Of a stretch of 64,000 bases of DNA, positions 30,777-45,903 are shown in pieces. Source of the DNA: the human T2T-CHM13v2.0 reference genome, Homo sapiens; assembly GCF_009914755.1 (NCBI RefSeq), contig NC_060927.1. One strand, written 5' to 3'. A program made the position numbers and the translations under genes. The notes under the pieces are model-generated. The model was given only the letters and a program-made list of their open reading frames with translations, ran no database searches and was not told the DNA's origin. Every line of letters starts with the position of its first letter. Position 1 is the stretch's first letter.

Positions 30777-33521
30777 GGTAATTTCAGAGTGTAGATTTCT
30801 AGGTGGCTGTGTTATTTTGTCAACACTTTATTTTGTTCAACTCTTTTATCGATTGCATGGTTTTTGAGGAAAAGTTGGATGTAATTTTTATCTTTTCTAT
30901 TGGTAAGTTTTTTTTTCTCTGACTTCTTTCAAGATTTTATTTTTAATCTTTTATTTTCTGAAGTTTGAATATGATATGTAGATTTTTGGCATTTATATTA
31001 CTTAGTGTTTCCTGAGCTTCTGGATATATGGTTTGGCATCTGATATTAATTTGGGGGAAATTATCAGTTATTATTGTGTCAAATTTTTTTTTGTTCCTGC
31101 ATCTCTTTTCATTCTGGTATGCCTATTACATGTATGTCACACTTTTCTAGTTGTCCCACAGTTCTTGTATATTCTGTTATATTATTTTTTTCAGTCTTTT
31201 CTCTTTTTCAGTTTTTTAGTTTTGGTGGTTTTTATTGATATATCCTGAAGCTCAAAGATTGTTTTCTCAGCCATGTCGAGTCTACTGATGAGCGCATAAA
31301 ACACATTCTTCATTTATGTTGCATTACTTTTGCTCTCAACCATTTCTTGTGAATCTTTCTTAGAATTTTCATTTCTTTGCTTACGTTACCTATCTGTTAT
31401 TGCATATTGTCTACTTTTAACACTGTAGCTTTTAGCATATTAGTCATAGTTGTTTTAAATTCATGAGCTGATAATCCCATCATCTCTGCCATATCTTGAT
31501 CTGGTCCTGCTGCTTGCTCTGTCTCTTCAAATTTTCTTTTTTGCCTTTTAGTATGCTTATAAATTTTTATTGAAAGGTGGGCATGATGTTCTGGGTAAAA
31601 TAACTGCAATCATGATAGTTTAGCAGTGCAGTGGTAAGACATGAGGGGGAGGGAAAGCATTCTATGTTCCTATGATAAAGTCTCAGTCCTAGGCTGTAAA
31701 CTTCATAAGGGCTTTCCTCCAACCCCCCTTTTTTTTCTTCACCTACATAGATAGTAAAGGATGGCTAGACGGGGCTGGAGTTGAGTATTTTGCTTCCCCC
31801 AGGTCAGGCTGGGGTTAGGCTTTGAAAATCCCTCAATAGGTTAGGCTCTGGTAAAATAGTTTCTCCTCAGGGCAGGCCTTGCTAAGAAGTACAGAATGGT
31901 CTGACATATTATTTCAAAATGGTTACTTTTCTCCTCCCCCTGATGGAAGCCAGGAGATATTTCCCTAATCTTCTCTGTGAGAACCTGGTAGAGCTCCTAC
32001 ACGTAAAACTCAATAAAAGGGTGTCCCTCCCACCATGACTAGGTCCCCCTGGAGTTTTTGTCTCAGGCTTGTTCCCACAGAGCTTCTAGCAATTTGTCAA
32101 TTAAAGTTCAGGTTTTCCTACCCCTATACTAGTTTCCACCCTGCTCAGGTTGGTTGTGATTCTCTGTATTTACCTGTCTTTTTCTCCAAATTTGGGGACA
32201 TCAGTTTGCCCTGTGACCCCACTTCTCCAAAGGATCTAAGAAGAGTTGTTCATTTTTCGTTTTGCTCACCTTTGTACATGTTGTTGGACTCTAGTGGGGA
32301 CTTCTAATTTCCTTACATGCCAGACCAGAAACTGGACTGTCCTCTATGTTTTTACGAAAATGCTCTCAGCTATCACATTTAAACAAACAAAAACTGACAA
32401 TTTTTTGAGTCCATGAATACACAAGGTTTAAAAAAATTATTGAAATAAGATAAATCATTGAATTATGTTAATATTTGTATTTCTCCCTAATATGGTTGTA
32501 AGTAAAAAATCAATAACATCTGTTCTGGGTCATGAGTCAAAACCACCTCTACTCATTTAGAACATTTTCATTTACTACCTGCAGCTCCTCTTTTGCACTT
32601 TAAAAATATGACTTGGATATAGCTCAAAGGAGGAGTGAAGGCCCTTTTCATTATCCACATCTACATTTCCTGTTAACTGCTTTTCACTCTTTATGATGAG
32701 AGTCCCTACATGCAGAGATTTCTGAAGGAAGGAAATTAAATCTTTCTCACAAGAGAAAATTTAGCTTTTAGAAAGTTGTTAATTTTTGCTAAAGTTGAAC
32801 ATAGACCTACTGTTATTATTAGTAAAGAAATTACTACTGATCATAATGTTTTAAGTATTACATAAGAATTTTCCTTTGGCATTTGAAAATCAACGTGGTT
32901 GTTGATATTCCCCAAGATACTCTACTTTTATTGGAAGATGGTTTTTATAGCTTTTGAACACAAAAAGCTCCTTGAACAACAGTTCACATATTTCTGTTCC
33001 CAATTTATTGCCTTGTTAGAAAATTTACATAAGAATGAGGTATATTTTGACAGGAAACATAGCAAACATCCATTTTGGTTAACTCTCTCTATACCATCCA
33101 GATACATAGACTCCAATTTTAGTTTTTGAGTTTCTTTTTGTTTAATTTTAACTATTTTTAATGATTGATATTTCATTATGACTTTTATCCTTATTAGAGG
33201 TTTTCAAAAGAACAAAGAGTAAATTTACTTTTTTTTAAAGATACAACAAAACTTATTCCATCTTGTAATTACCATAAGGTTCTACTGGGCCCTTTACACA
33301 TGATTAATCCCAAAATATACTATGAGATTTTAGTGATCTTATTTTTTCCCATTTCTTGAAACACGCTGATATTTTATTATTACTCATCAATTATTTCCAA
33401 CTATGTTAAAAAGATGAAAATAATTATTTAGATAGAAGAATGGTGGAGTCACCTAAAAAGATGATACAATAGTGAAATATATAATCACTAAAGTGTTTTT
33501 CCTAGTATTCCAAAGATCAAG

Positions 33522-33557
33522 ATCTCTCTCTTTCTTTCTCTCTCTTTCACACACACA

Positions 33558-33588
<31 letters not shown>
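33522..33588. repeat. (TC)n(CA)n microsatellite
   Basis: Seen directly. Confidence 0.9.
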
Positions 33589-33726
33589 CCCATGTCTACT
33601 AGCTAAAATGGAAGTGAATATTTGTTGATTATCTGTTATCTTCAGACATTGTTTTAGGAGTTTTAATTAAGTAGATTATATTATTTAAATCTCACAATAT
33701 TCTAGTGAGGTAATCATTTTTACTCC

Positions 33727-34657
33727 TGGACCTAATTAAATGAAAGAGCTTTTGTACAACAAAGGAAACTATCAACAGAGTAAATAGCCTACAGAATGGG
33801 AGAAAATATTCGCAAACTCTGCATCTGAAAAAGGTCTGATGTCCAGCATTTATAATAAGCAAAAAATAACCCCATTAAAAAGTGGGAAAAGGACATGAAC
33901 AGACACTTTTCAAAAGAAAACATATATGTGGCTAATGAGCATATGAAAAAATGCTCAACATCACTGGCCATTAGAGAAATGCAAATCAAAACCATAATGA
34001 GATACTATCTCACACCAGTCAGAATGGTTATTAATAAAAAGTCAAAAAATAACAAATACTGGCGAGGTTGCAGAGAAAAGGGAATGCTATATACTACTTG
34101 TGGTAGTGTAATTTAGTTCAGTGACTGTGTAAAGCAGTTTGGCAATTTTTCAAAGAACTTAAAACAGAACCATCATTTGACCCAGCAATCCCATTTTTGG
34201 GATCTATACCCAAAGAAATATAAATCATTCTACCATGAAGATACATGCACACATATGTTCATTGCAGCACTATTTTCAATAGCAAAGACATGGAATTAAC
34301 TTAGATGCCCATCAATTGTAGACTGGATAAAGAAAATATGGTACATATTCACTATGGAATACTATGTAGTCATGTAAAAGAACAAAATAATGTCCTTTCA
34401 GCAACATGTTTGGGACTGGAGGCCATTATCCTAAGCAAGATAATGTAGGAACAGACAATCAAGTGCTGCATGTTGTCACTTATAAGTGAGAACTAAACAT
34501 TGAGTACATGTGGTCACAAAGAAGGAAACAATAGGCACTGGGGCCTACGTGAGGGTGGAGGGTGGAAAGAGGGTGAGGATTGAAAAACTACCTATCGGGT
34601 ACTATGCTATATAGCAAACCTGTACATGTACCCCTGAAACTAAAAGTTTAAGAAAAA
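33727..34657 (+). mobile_element. 5'-truncated L1 3' portion (L1PA15/16-like)
   Basis: ORF 33895..34116 [24 protein letters not shown]; L1 3' UTR. Confidence 0.87.
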
Positions 34658-36009
34658 TAATTATTACCCCTGGTTTATCAATAAAGAGAGTCTAAGAGCA
34701 TATACATTGTTTTATATCTTATACTGTCTAATATAGTAGCCGATACCAAGTAAATGATCAGTTTATTTTAATTAATAAATTACATTAATTTTTTAAGGTA
34801 AAATGTATATTTCAGATTCATATGAGATTTTGGATGAAATACATATACATTTTTAATTATAAGTATTATTGAACACTTACTGCATATAAAATGTGGTCCC
34901 TGCTTTTGAGGAATATTTTAGTTTCACAGAATACTTAGACATGTTCATAACTAACCATAATACAAGGAAGAAAGTTTCATGGCTTTATATGACTATGATT
35001 TTGCAAAAGAGGTGGAGTTTTATCCTAATCAGAGGAATATCTGTAGTAGCACCTAACCTTATACATTCATTAGTGGAGAGAAAGGGTGTTCCAGAAAGAG
35101 GGATCATCTTAAATATACAGCTGGATATAGGAAAGAGGATAGTTTACATGTAACCACCAGGTTGTAGGCATGAATATAGTAACCTGTTCCTCTGAGTTTC
35201 TATATTTTATGACAACAGTTGTAACCAATAGATACATATACACACATACATACTTTAGCACATCTCAAAATAATATCCTGGGATAGTTTTTTATGAACTA
35301 TTTCATTACTAATTATTCTGTTTTTAGGAGTGGTATAATGAGAAAATGTACTAAATTTAGGAGTGGCATAATGAGAAAATGTACTAGTAGTTTCCATTCT
35401 TGCTGAATCTTTCTCTGAGGCACTGTTGGCAGCTCAGTGGTCCCAAATGGAGACGGCAGACATTCTGGAAAAATTAGAGGCTTGCGATCAGATGGTTCTG
35501 GCCAAGCTGCATGACCTCAGGCAGGGTACATTATTTATCTCAGCTGTGAAGTGAGGAGGGACTGCGTACTTTACAAGGTTATAATGAGAATTAAATAAGA
35601 TATCTATATAAAGTCCTTGTCCCATGTCCAGCATATAATAGATAGATATGAAAATGGAGGCAGCTGGGATTCAGTTCTAGATCCTATATACTCCAGAGCA
35701 CACAAGCTCCCCAGAACCTAGAAATAAGATATACTAGACACCAACTTGAGGACATCCAACTAGCCAACTTTAAGAGAGGAGATCTGCCAAATAAGTATAA
35801 AAATGTTCATATTATTACTTTTGGATTGCATTGCTCTACTAAACAATGGGCAGCTCAGTTTACTAGCATATTAATTAAAGGGACAACGGGAACAAAATAC
35901 TGTTACAATAGTAATGAGAAAGTAGAAAATTCTAATTGTGTAATTCAGTATTTATTTGAACAGGAACATAGGCACTTTTTTGAAGCAGCCATGTTTCATT
36001 GTCTTACAG

Positions 36010-36056
36010 ATAAATCCGAAACACATGACAAAGTTGCTGCACTGGTCAAGAAAAGG
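36010..36056 (+). CDS. ZCWPW2: ZCWPW2 internal coding exon (47 nt, phase 1->0), DKSETHDKVAALVKKR
   Basis: TTACAG| acceptor, AGG|GTAAGA donor; the peptide appears inside ORF 35826..36080; phases fit both neighbours. Confidence 0.93.
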
Positions 36057-36978
36057 GTAAGATTGTGTTTTATTATATAAAATATACAAACTTCAAATTT
36101 CATTTAACACTATTCTTTAAAGAAAATTATATTATTTAAAAACAAACAATGACATACAATCCATTTTTTCTTCTGAATGTTACTTTAGTATATGTTTCCT
36201 TTCTTAGGTTAATACTAGGAAATTAATATTTATGGTTACTTATATTAATGTTATCGGACTGTCAGAAATTAGAACAATAGAGAACTATAAGTAAACAAGT
36301 AAATGAGTGTTTTTACTTAAATTATATTTCATATACATACTCATATACTAAAATATTTTCATATACTATATTACTCTAATGTTTATACACAATCTCATAG
36401 AAAATTTAAGTAGAATTTACAGCTCAACATGGTGTCTACCTTAAACTTAAGTAGAGAACAATATCAGCCATCTTAATGAATTTTCTGAACCTGGAATTTT
36501 GTAAATGAAAATTGTCAACAGCATTTTTAAAGAATTATTACAATTTAATACATTATTTTGAATATTGCATTCAGAGAGTTGTTTAACTCTACTTACTGGC
36601 AAAAACTTGGTTGGGATAGGATGAACCTTGACATTCTCCTCAAGAGATGATGTTCTTACCACTAAACAAAGAGAAAGAGTTGGTGCCTAAAACAAATACT
36701 TGTGGACATATACTAGTGCCACAATAAAAGGAATTATGATAGAATGAAAAGCCTATGGTGAGATTTCCCGTGTTGAGTGGTGAGGCAGAGCAGATCAAGG
36801 GAAGGTCAAGTGTAACCTCAAGGAACAGAAAAGGGTGTTGGGCATGTATCTATAGATGATTAGGCAAAGGATGAGCATCATGTTTGTATTCTTTGTACAT
36901 TTTATGAGTCCTTCTAAAATCAGGTTTTGTTTTATCTTTTTGCTTTTTGGCTTATAAATATAGGAATCTTGGCTTTTC

Positions 36979-39233
<2,255 letters not shown>

Positions 39234-40705
39234 TGAAGTAGTGCAGTATTGTTAATGTGGATAGGTTTATTTCAATCTTTGCTAAATGATATTTAGAATC
39301 AAAGACTATAAAGATAGTAACTAGTGTTTCTATATATTGCTTTTATTTGTACCAGTTGTTCTTAACAAAGGCAATACTATTCTCAGGCTCAGTGCCATGG
39401 GCCAGATCTGACCTTTAAACTATTTGTTGGTCTGCAATGAGATATGTACAGAAAGTAAGAGTAATCATTTATGAACTTGTATGGTAATTTGATAGAATTT
39501 TTTTTTGTCTGTTGAATCTGATAGCATAAAATGGAGCTTGTATTTTTTAATATGTCTTTGTTTTTTATTTAATTTTTTCTCTAGTAACTCATTTTTATTT
39601 TATTTAATAAAAGTATGTATCTCAGATAGACTGGGGAAAAAACTGATCCTTTACCACAGATAGTTTGAGAGATACTGTCTTAGGGGACATTTAAGAAATT
39701 TTTGGAGATGCTGTGGGTTATAGTAATTTTGGAGAATACAAGGTGTTTTACTAGGCAAGGATTAGAGACACTAGATATTCTGAGATGCATGGAACAGGGC
39801 TGTGTAAAACAACTGTCCAACATTTGGGATGATTTTGGATGTTCTGCTGGACTCGACAAACTACAAATATAATTTTATATTGAGTTAATACAAAATAATA
39901 CTGAAACACAGCATGTTAGGCTAAAAGCCAAGGAATGAGAAGGCTTGTTATAGAGAGGCAAACTGACATAGAATAGACAAATTAAATGGTTCTCGAAATT
40001 ATCAACTATTTTACTGAACACTTGGTAACATTTTCAACTACATATTTAGCCATAAAAGGTAAAAGTGTAGTTACCGAGAAACCGTGGAAGGAATTTACAG
40101 ATATGTAACAGGAAATTTGAGATGGCTTTTGTCTTAAAACTAAATATTACTTACTAAATTAATAGAGATACATGAAATGCATTGATTTCACTGAATTTTT
40201 AAAAATAAACATTTAGAAATATTTTTAGTGTTGCTAGCAAGATTATAAAACATTTCCACAAACATTGTCTTTCACTTCAGACCCCGAGGGGAAAACAAGG
40301 CAGACATTATTATCATTGTTTTATAAAGAAGGTCATTTGTGGTTAGAGAAGTTAAGGAACTTACTCTAGCCACATGGAACTTTTAGATATTTTTATTTAA
40401 TCTTAATTAGTTTTTCTTAGTTCCTATTAAAATATTGACAAGGTAGCCTCATTAAGATTTGAATGTTAATTTCACTTAGTAAGGTAGCTTTTATTTTTCT
40501 TTACAGTTTGGTTTTATAGATATTGAACATAATATTTTTAAAGACAGCCTGTTTTATATAAAATATTATAGATGTATAAAAGAAAGCTGTTGGTATGAAA
40601 GCAAAAGATAATGGCAAAATATATTAGGTAATTACTAAGTGCCAGGCACTACATACATGTTGTTTCATTTTATTCCAACAGCAATTATGGGGCATATTCA
40701 ATACG

Positions 40706-41116
40706 ATCTCTGGTTCACAAGTGAAGAAAACAGGCATAGGGATGTTGACCACTGCCAAAAACACAATGCAAAGATGGATGATAAAAAGTAAGTAACTGCT
40801 TCTAGAGCCCCTCTTCCTGGGTTGAAAATCTTAGTAGTTTGTATTTTGTTTATTTATATAAATACGTAAGTACTTATATACATTATATAATACATTATTT
40901 ATGTAATACAGGGTATTTATATACATTATATAATACATTATTTATATAATACATAAGTATTTATAGAAATAAACAAAATACAAACTGTTAAGATTTTCAA
41001 CCCAGGGTGAGAGGCTCTAGAATCAATTATTTACTTTTTTATCATCCATCTTTGCATTGTGTTTTTGGCAGTGGTCAACATCCCTATGCCTGTTTTCTTA
41101 CTTGTGAACCAGAGAT
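40706..41116. repeat. Inverted repeat, ~167-bp arms (40706-40872 / 40950-41116), AT-rich spacer with ~43-bp tandem unit
   Basis: Manual reverse-complement alignment: 11 substitutions + 2 indels. Confidence 0.93.
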
Positions 41117-42084
41117 AATATTTATATATTTATATAAACAAATGTGTATATACGTGTAAATGTTTTGTGATTTTTTTTTTACAATGAGATCTTATTATAT
41201 ATGTTACTCTATAGATTTAAATACTTTAGATTAACAAATATAGACCTGTTTTTAACATTCTGCATAGCATACCATAGTAGATGTATCAAAGTTTTATTGA
41301 CCAGTCATATATTGATGAATATGTAGATGTTTTCAAATTCCCGGTGTGGTGTGGTGCTTCTATAAGAAATGACTTAGTAAACATCCTTGGATATATATCC
41401 TTAAATGCTGGTACTATTATTTCTATAGGATAGATCCCAAAGAAGAATTGATGGATCAAAGCTACTCACAGTGTTTCCCTGCTTCCCTTGAATCAGGAGT
41501 GGACCTTGAGGAATAAGTTGTTAAAGTTATGCGTTGGCCTGTGCTGAGTTGTAGTATCAGTTGTTGCCACCTCTTTGAACCAAGATTTAAGAGTGTTGCC
41601 ATCTTCAATACTATTCCTAAGTGCCTATTTTGATTGGCATTCCTGGGGTCAAGTATGAGACTTCTATCTACAAGCTTCTGCCCTTCACTTAACTCCCTTT
41701 TTTAGCTCTTCAGCCATGTGTGATAGAGGTGTGTAGTACACGTGCACCTGCCTGATCACCTCTGCCCCACTGGCAGCAGTCTGAATGAAAGAGACTCTGA
41801 GTAAGTCACACTAATCTCTCTGAGTTCCACTTGATAAAAAGGAGTGGGTCTAGATTCTGTAAGTCCCTTCCTACTCTAATATCCCGTGAACTATAAGATA
41901 TTTACAACAGCTCATTAAGTATCTGTAGAATATCATAATACTTGTGCAGGCCAGAATTAATAGATATAATAAATATCTGAGTCAAGTGGGCCTAAGATAA
42001 ATAATAAAATAAGGACTAAAAAACAATAGTGTACCCAGCTGATGGTGTTACCTGTAATAGATTTTGAAAGATGTTTGAATAGAT

Positions 42085-42120
42085 ATGTACATGTATGTAT
42101 ATATATTTATATACATATAT

Positions 42121-42152
<32 letters not shown>
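42085..42152. repeat. (TA)-rich + (GT)~15 microsatellite
   Basis: Seen directly. Confidence 0.9.
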
Positions 42153-42154
<2 letters not shown>

Positions 42155-42531
42155 TCAGGAAACAGTGTACTGTGGTGGAAGAATACAAACTTATAATTGA
42201 GACAACTCTGTCTGCAAGAGCTAGTTCTGCTACTTCGTTGTTGTGTCACCTTAGGAAAGTTAACCTAAACATCTTTTAGCCTCATTTAATCAGATCTCTC
42301 TAAATTGGCAGTGATAATAATTACCCTGTATGATTTTTATAGACATTAATATACAAAGCAATTATAATAACATATAGTTACTATATTATAATAGGTGGTT
42401 AATAAATGCTAGTACTTTTCTTCCAAATTTCTCCTTAGAATGACATAGGAAGTCAGGACTTAAGAAAATTTTAAATTCTCAGACTTACAATAGTATCATA
42501 GTTCTATTAGACAGTTAGGATTAGCTATGCC

Positions 42532-43643
42532 TTTTTTTTTTTATTATACTTTAAGTTCTATGATACATGTGCAGAACGTGCAGGTTTGTTACATAGGTAT
42601 ACACGTGCCATGGTGGTTTGCTGCACCCATCAACCCGTCATCTACATTAGGTATTTCTCCTAATGCTATCCCTCCCCTAGCCAGCCACCCCTCAACAGGC
42701 CTCAGTGTGTGATGTTCCCCTCCCTGTGTCCATGTGTTCATTGTTCAACTCCCATTTATGAGTGAGAACATGTGGTGTTTGGTTTTCTGTTCCTGTGTTA
42801 GTTTGCTGAGAATGATGGTTTCCAGCTTCATCCATGTCCCTGCAAAGGACGTGAACTCATCCTTTTTTATGGCTGCATAGTATTCCATGGTGTATATGTG
42901 CCACATTTTCTTTATCCATTCTATCATTGATGGGCATTTGGATTGGTTGCAAGTCTTTGCTATTGTGAACAGTGCTGCAATAAACATACGTGTGCATGTG
43001 TCTTTATAGTAGCATGATTTATAATCCTTTGGGTATATACCCAGTACTGGGATTGCTGGACCAAATGTTATTTCTGGTTCTAAATCCTTGCGGAATCACC
43101 ACACTGTCTTCCACAGTGGTTGAACTAATTTATACTCCCACCAACAGTGTAAAAGCGTTCCTATTTCTCCATATCCTCTCCAGCATCTGTTGTTTCCTGA
43201 ATTTTTAATGATCACCATTCTAACTGGTGTGAGATGGTATCTCATTGTGGTTTTGATTTGCATTTCTCTAATGACCAGTGATGATGAGCTTTTTTTCATA
43301 TGTTTGTTGGCCACATAAATGTCTTCTTTTGAGAAGTGTCTGTTCATATCCTTCCACCACTTTTTGATGTGGTTGTTTGGTTTTTTTCTTGTAAATTTGT
43401 TTAAGTTCCTTGTAGATTCTGGATATTAGCCCTTTGTCAGATGGATGGATTGCAAGAAATTTCTCCCATTCTGTAGGTTGCCCGTTCACTCTAATGATAG
43501 TTTCTTTTGCTGTGCAGAAGCTCTTTAGTTTAATTAGATCCCATTTGTCAATTTTGGCTTTTATTGCCATTGCTTTTGGTGTTTTAGTCATGAAGTCTTT
43601 GCCCATGCCTATTTCCTAAATGGTATTGCCTGGGTTTTCTTCT
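42532..43643 (-). mobile_element. 5'-truncated L1PA (about L1PA5-7) 3' end
   Basis: ORFs 42745..42987, 43096..43347, 43268..43606 are frameshifted ORF2p C-terminus; 3' UTR with GACGGGTTGATGGG on -. Confidence 0.9.
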
Positions 43644-44944
43644 GAAAATTGCCTAATTATACCCTTACCCATTTTTTCTTAGGCTTATATTTTTTCTGAT
43701 TGATTTGTAGGCATAGACACTTACTAGTTATTAATAATTTGTTGATATGTTACAAACATTTTCTGATATTCCTTTTAAATGTTTTGTAGTTCCTTTTCTG
43801 TATTTATATAGTAAAATTGTCTCTTTTGGGGATTTCAGTGTTTTTTTGACATGCTTTAAAAGACTGCTCTTTTATTAATATAAAATATGTTTCACAATTC
43901 ACTTAACCTTTCTTCTATTGTTATTGGTAACACTGATGAAAAGCTTTATCAGTATAGCTTCCTCTCCTACCCTATTCATGGAATTGTTTTTTTAAGGACA
44001 ATTCCCAGTAGAAGGATTATGCTGAAGTGCTCTCACCATCAGTGCTTGCAAATGCCGTAATTGTCATTGACAGGTATTAGTATAATAAAGATGTTGTTGC
44101 CAGTTTACATCATAATTTGTTGTTGTTTCTATGATGTGAAGTAAAAGAAATCTATATACTAATTTAGGGAAAAATTTCATGTTTATAATACTACATGCAT
44201 CCATGTAGAAACATAGTTTGGTTCTCTATCCATTTTTATTTAGTTTTTTCAATAGAGAATTTTACATATTTCTAATTAACTCTATCCCAGATATTATTAC
44301 CAACTGGAAAAGGATCTGTTTTTTAATTTTTTGTTTACCTACAGAAATTATGTGTATCTTTTTCCCTAACACTTATTAATGCCAATAATTTAACTTACTA
44401 TTTGAACAACAAAATTAAGGACCATTTTCTTGATTTATACATTTCGATATGAGGAATTTCAGCTATTATGTTTTCTGATAAAAAGTATTTCTCTCCAAAG
44501 TTATTACAAAAAAATTTCATAACAAGCAGAAAATTTTCATTAGCCCAATTAACAGGATAAGTTGCTTACATTTTATGACTAGATGTCTGGATATTTGTGG
44601 TAATTGCTAAGCTTGCTATTAATATGGAATTCATGTACTGCAACTCACTTAATTTATTTGGCTTTATATGCATCCTTCCCAGAAGATAAATATATTATAG
44701 CAGATTCCTACTGCTGGGTTCTAGCCCTAGGCAGAGAGAAATCTCAGAAAAGAATAGCAAGGAGCAGAACCCCTTGGGAAGAGTTGCAGTCAGGCTTCAA
44801 AACCCATTTAATTTCCTTTTGTATTCTACTTTGTGGGCATCATTCACCTTTCCATAGGCCAGTGTTCCCCAGACTTGAATCATTCAGGTATTCCATCACC
44901 ATTTTGCCATTTTCAGTACTATTACTATAGTTTTCTTTCAGTTT

Positions 44945-45396
44945 TCAGAGAAGAAATTTTCAACAAGTTGAGTTTAAAGATCTAATTGACTTTTATTAGC
45001 GATTCATGAATCTGGCAGCATCTTATCTATGAAATAGAAGGGTGCTCTGCTGGGATTAGCAGAATGATCAGCTTTTGTAAGGCAGCTCCAGCAGGAAGAA
45101 GGAAACAGCATTGTGCAAAAAATGAGATTGGTTAACATCAGGTTACTTCAAGTTACTCTCCTTGTGTGGCTTAAAGCAGAAGAGACTTTCTTATTATGCC
45201 AGCTCAGATTGACTGGGACCCTTGTTATTGGTTGCTGTGAAATCTCCTGGTTTTTGGAAGACAGGCTTATGTCTCAGTTCAGTTTGATTACATGACACCT
45301 AGTGCGAGTGACTCCATTCTAGTTTGGTTTGGATTATTGGAGCCTAGTGCAGGGGCACAGTCCACAACGACGACCTCCTATAAATTTTATTTAGCC
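44945..45396 (-). mobile_element. ERV1-class solo LTR (MER31/MER67-like)
   Basis: Reverse complement begins ...TAAATAAAATTTATAGGAGG...TGCACTAGGC...CCAAACTAGAATGGAGTCACTC, typical of this LTR group. Confidence 0.65.
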
Positions 45397-45640
45397 AACT
45401 TGACTCAACTTTTTCATAATTTATTTTTTTATTGAAGTAAAATTTAAACACAGTGAAATGCAGAGATCTTAAGTGTATAGTTTGATAAATTTTTCTTAAA
45501 TATATTTACTCATAAAACTATCATCCCCAATCAAAATAAAGAATTTTCCTTACCCAGAAAGTTTACTCATGTAAATTTTTATCCATTTTATCCATTTATT
45601 ACTTTAAATCATCAGTGTAAATCTTAACATACAAAGTTCA

Positions 45641-45903
45641 TTTTTCTTTTTTTGAGACAAGGCTGTCGCCCAGGCTGGCATACACTGGCGTGAACACGGA
45701 TCACTGAAGCCTTCACCTCCTGGGCTCAAATGATCCTTCTGCCTCAGCCTCCCAAGTAGCTGGGACCACAAGTGTGCACCACCATGCCTGGCTAATATTT
45801 GTATTTTTTTTGTAGAGACAAGGTACTCCTGGGCTCAAATAATCCTCCCACCTTGGCCTCCCGTAGTGCTGGGATTACAGGCATGAGCCACCCACATCCC
45901 ACC
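45641..45903 (-). mobile_element. Alu (AluJ-like, internally deleted)
   Basis: Reverse dimer with CCTGGGCTCAA in both arms. Confidence 0.85.

Larger units (their letters stand above)
25750..32335 (-). mobile_element. Long degenerate L1MC-like element
   Basis: L1MC-type 3' end (AAAGTACAGAGAGTTCCCATATA); ORF2 remnants on - (27180..27380, 28150..28341, 29173..29433); ORF1/5'UTR-like sequence toward 31400-32300. Confidence 0.78.

Noticed and set aside
35826-36080. 84-aa ORF as a single coding unit
   Set aside because: Only 36010-36056 is bounded by splice sites and fits ZCWPW2; the rest is intron read-through.
39385-39850. Possible hAT-Charlie DNA transposon remnants
   Set aside because: Ends resemble MER-type TIRs, but family and boundaries could not be fixed by eye.
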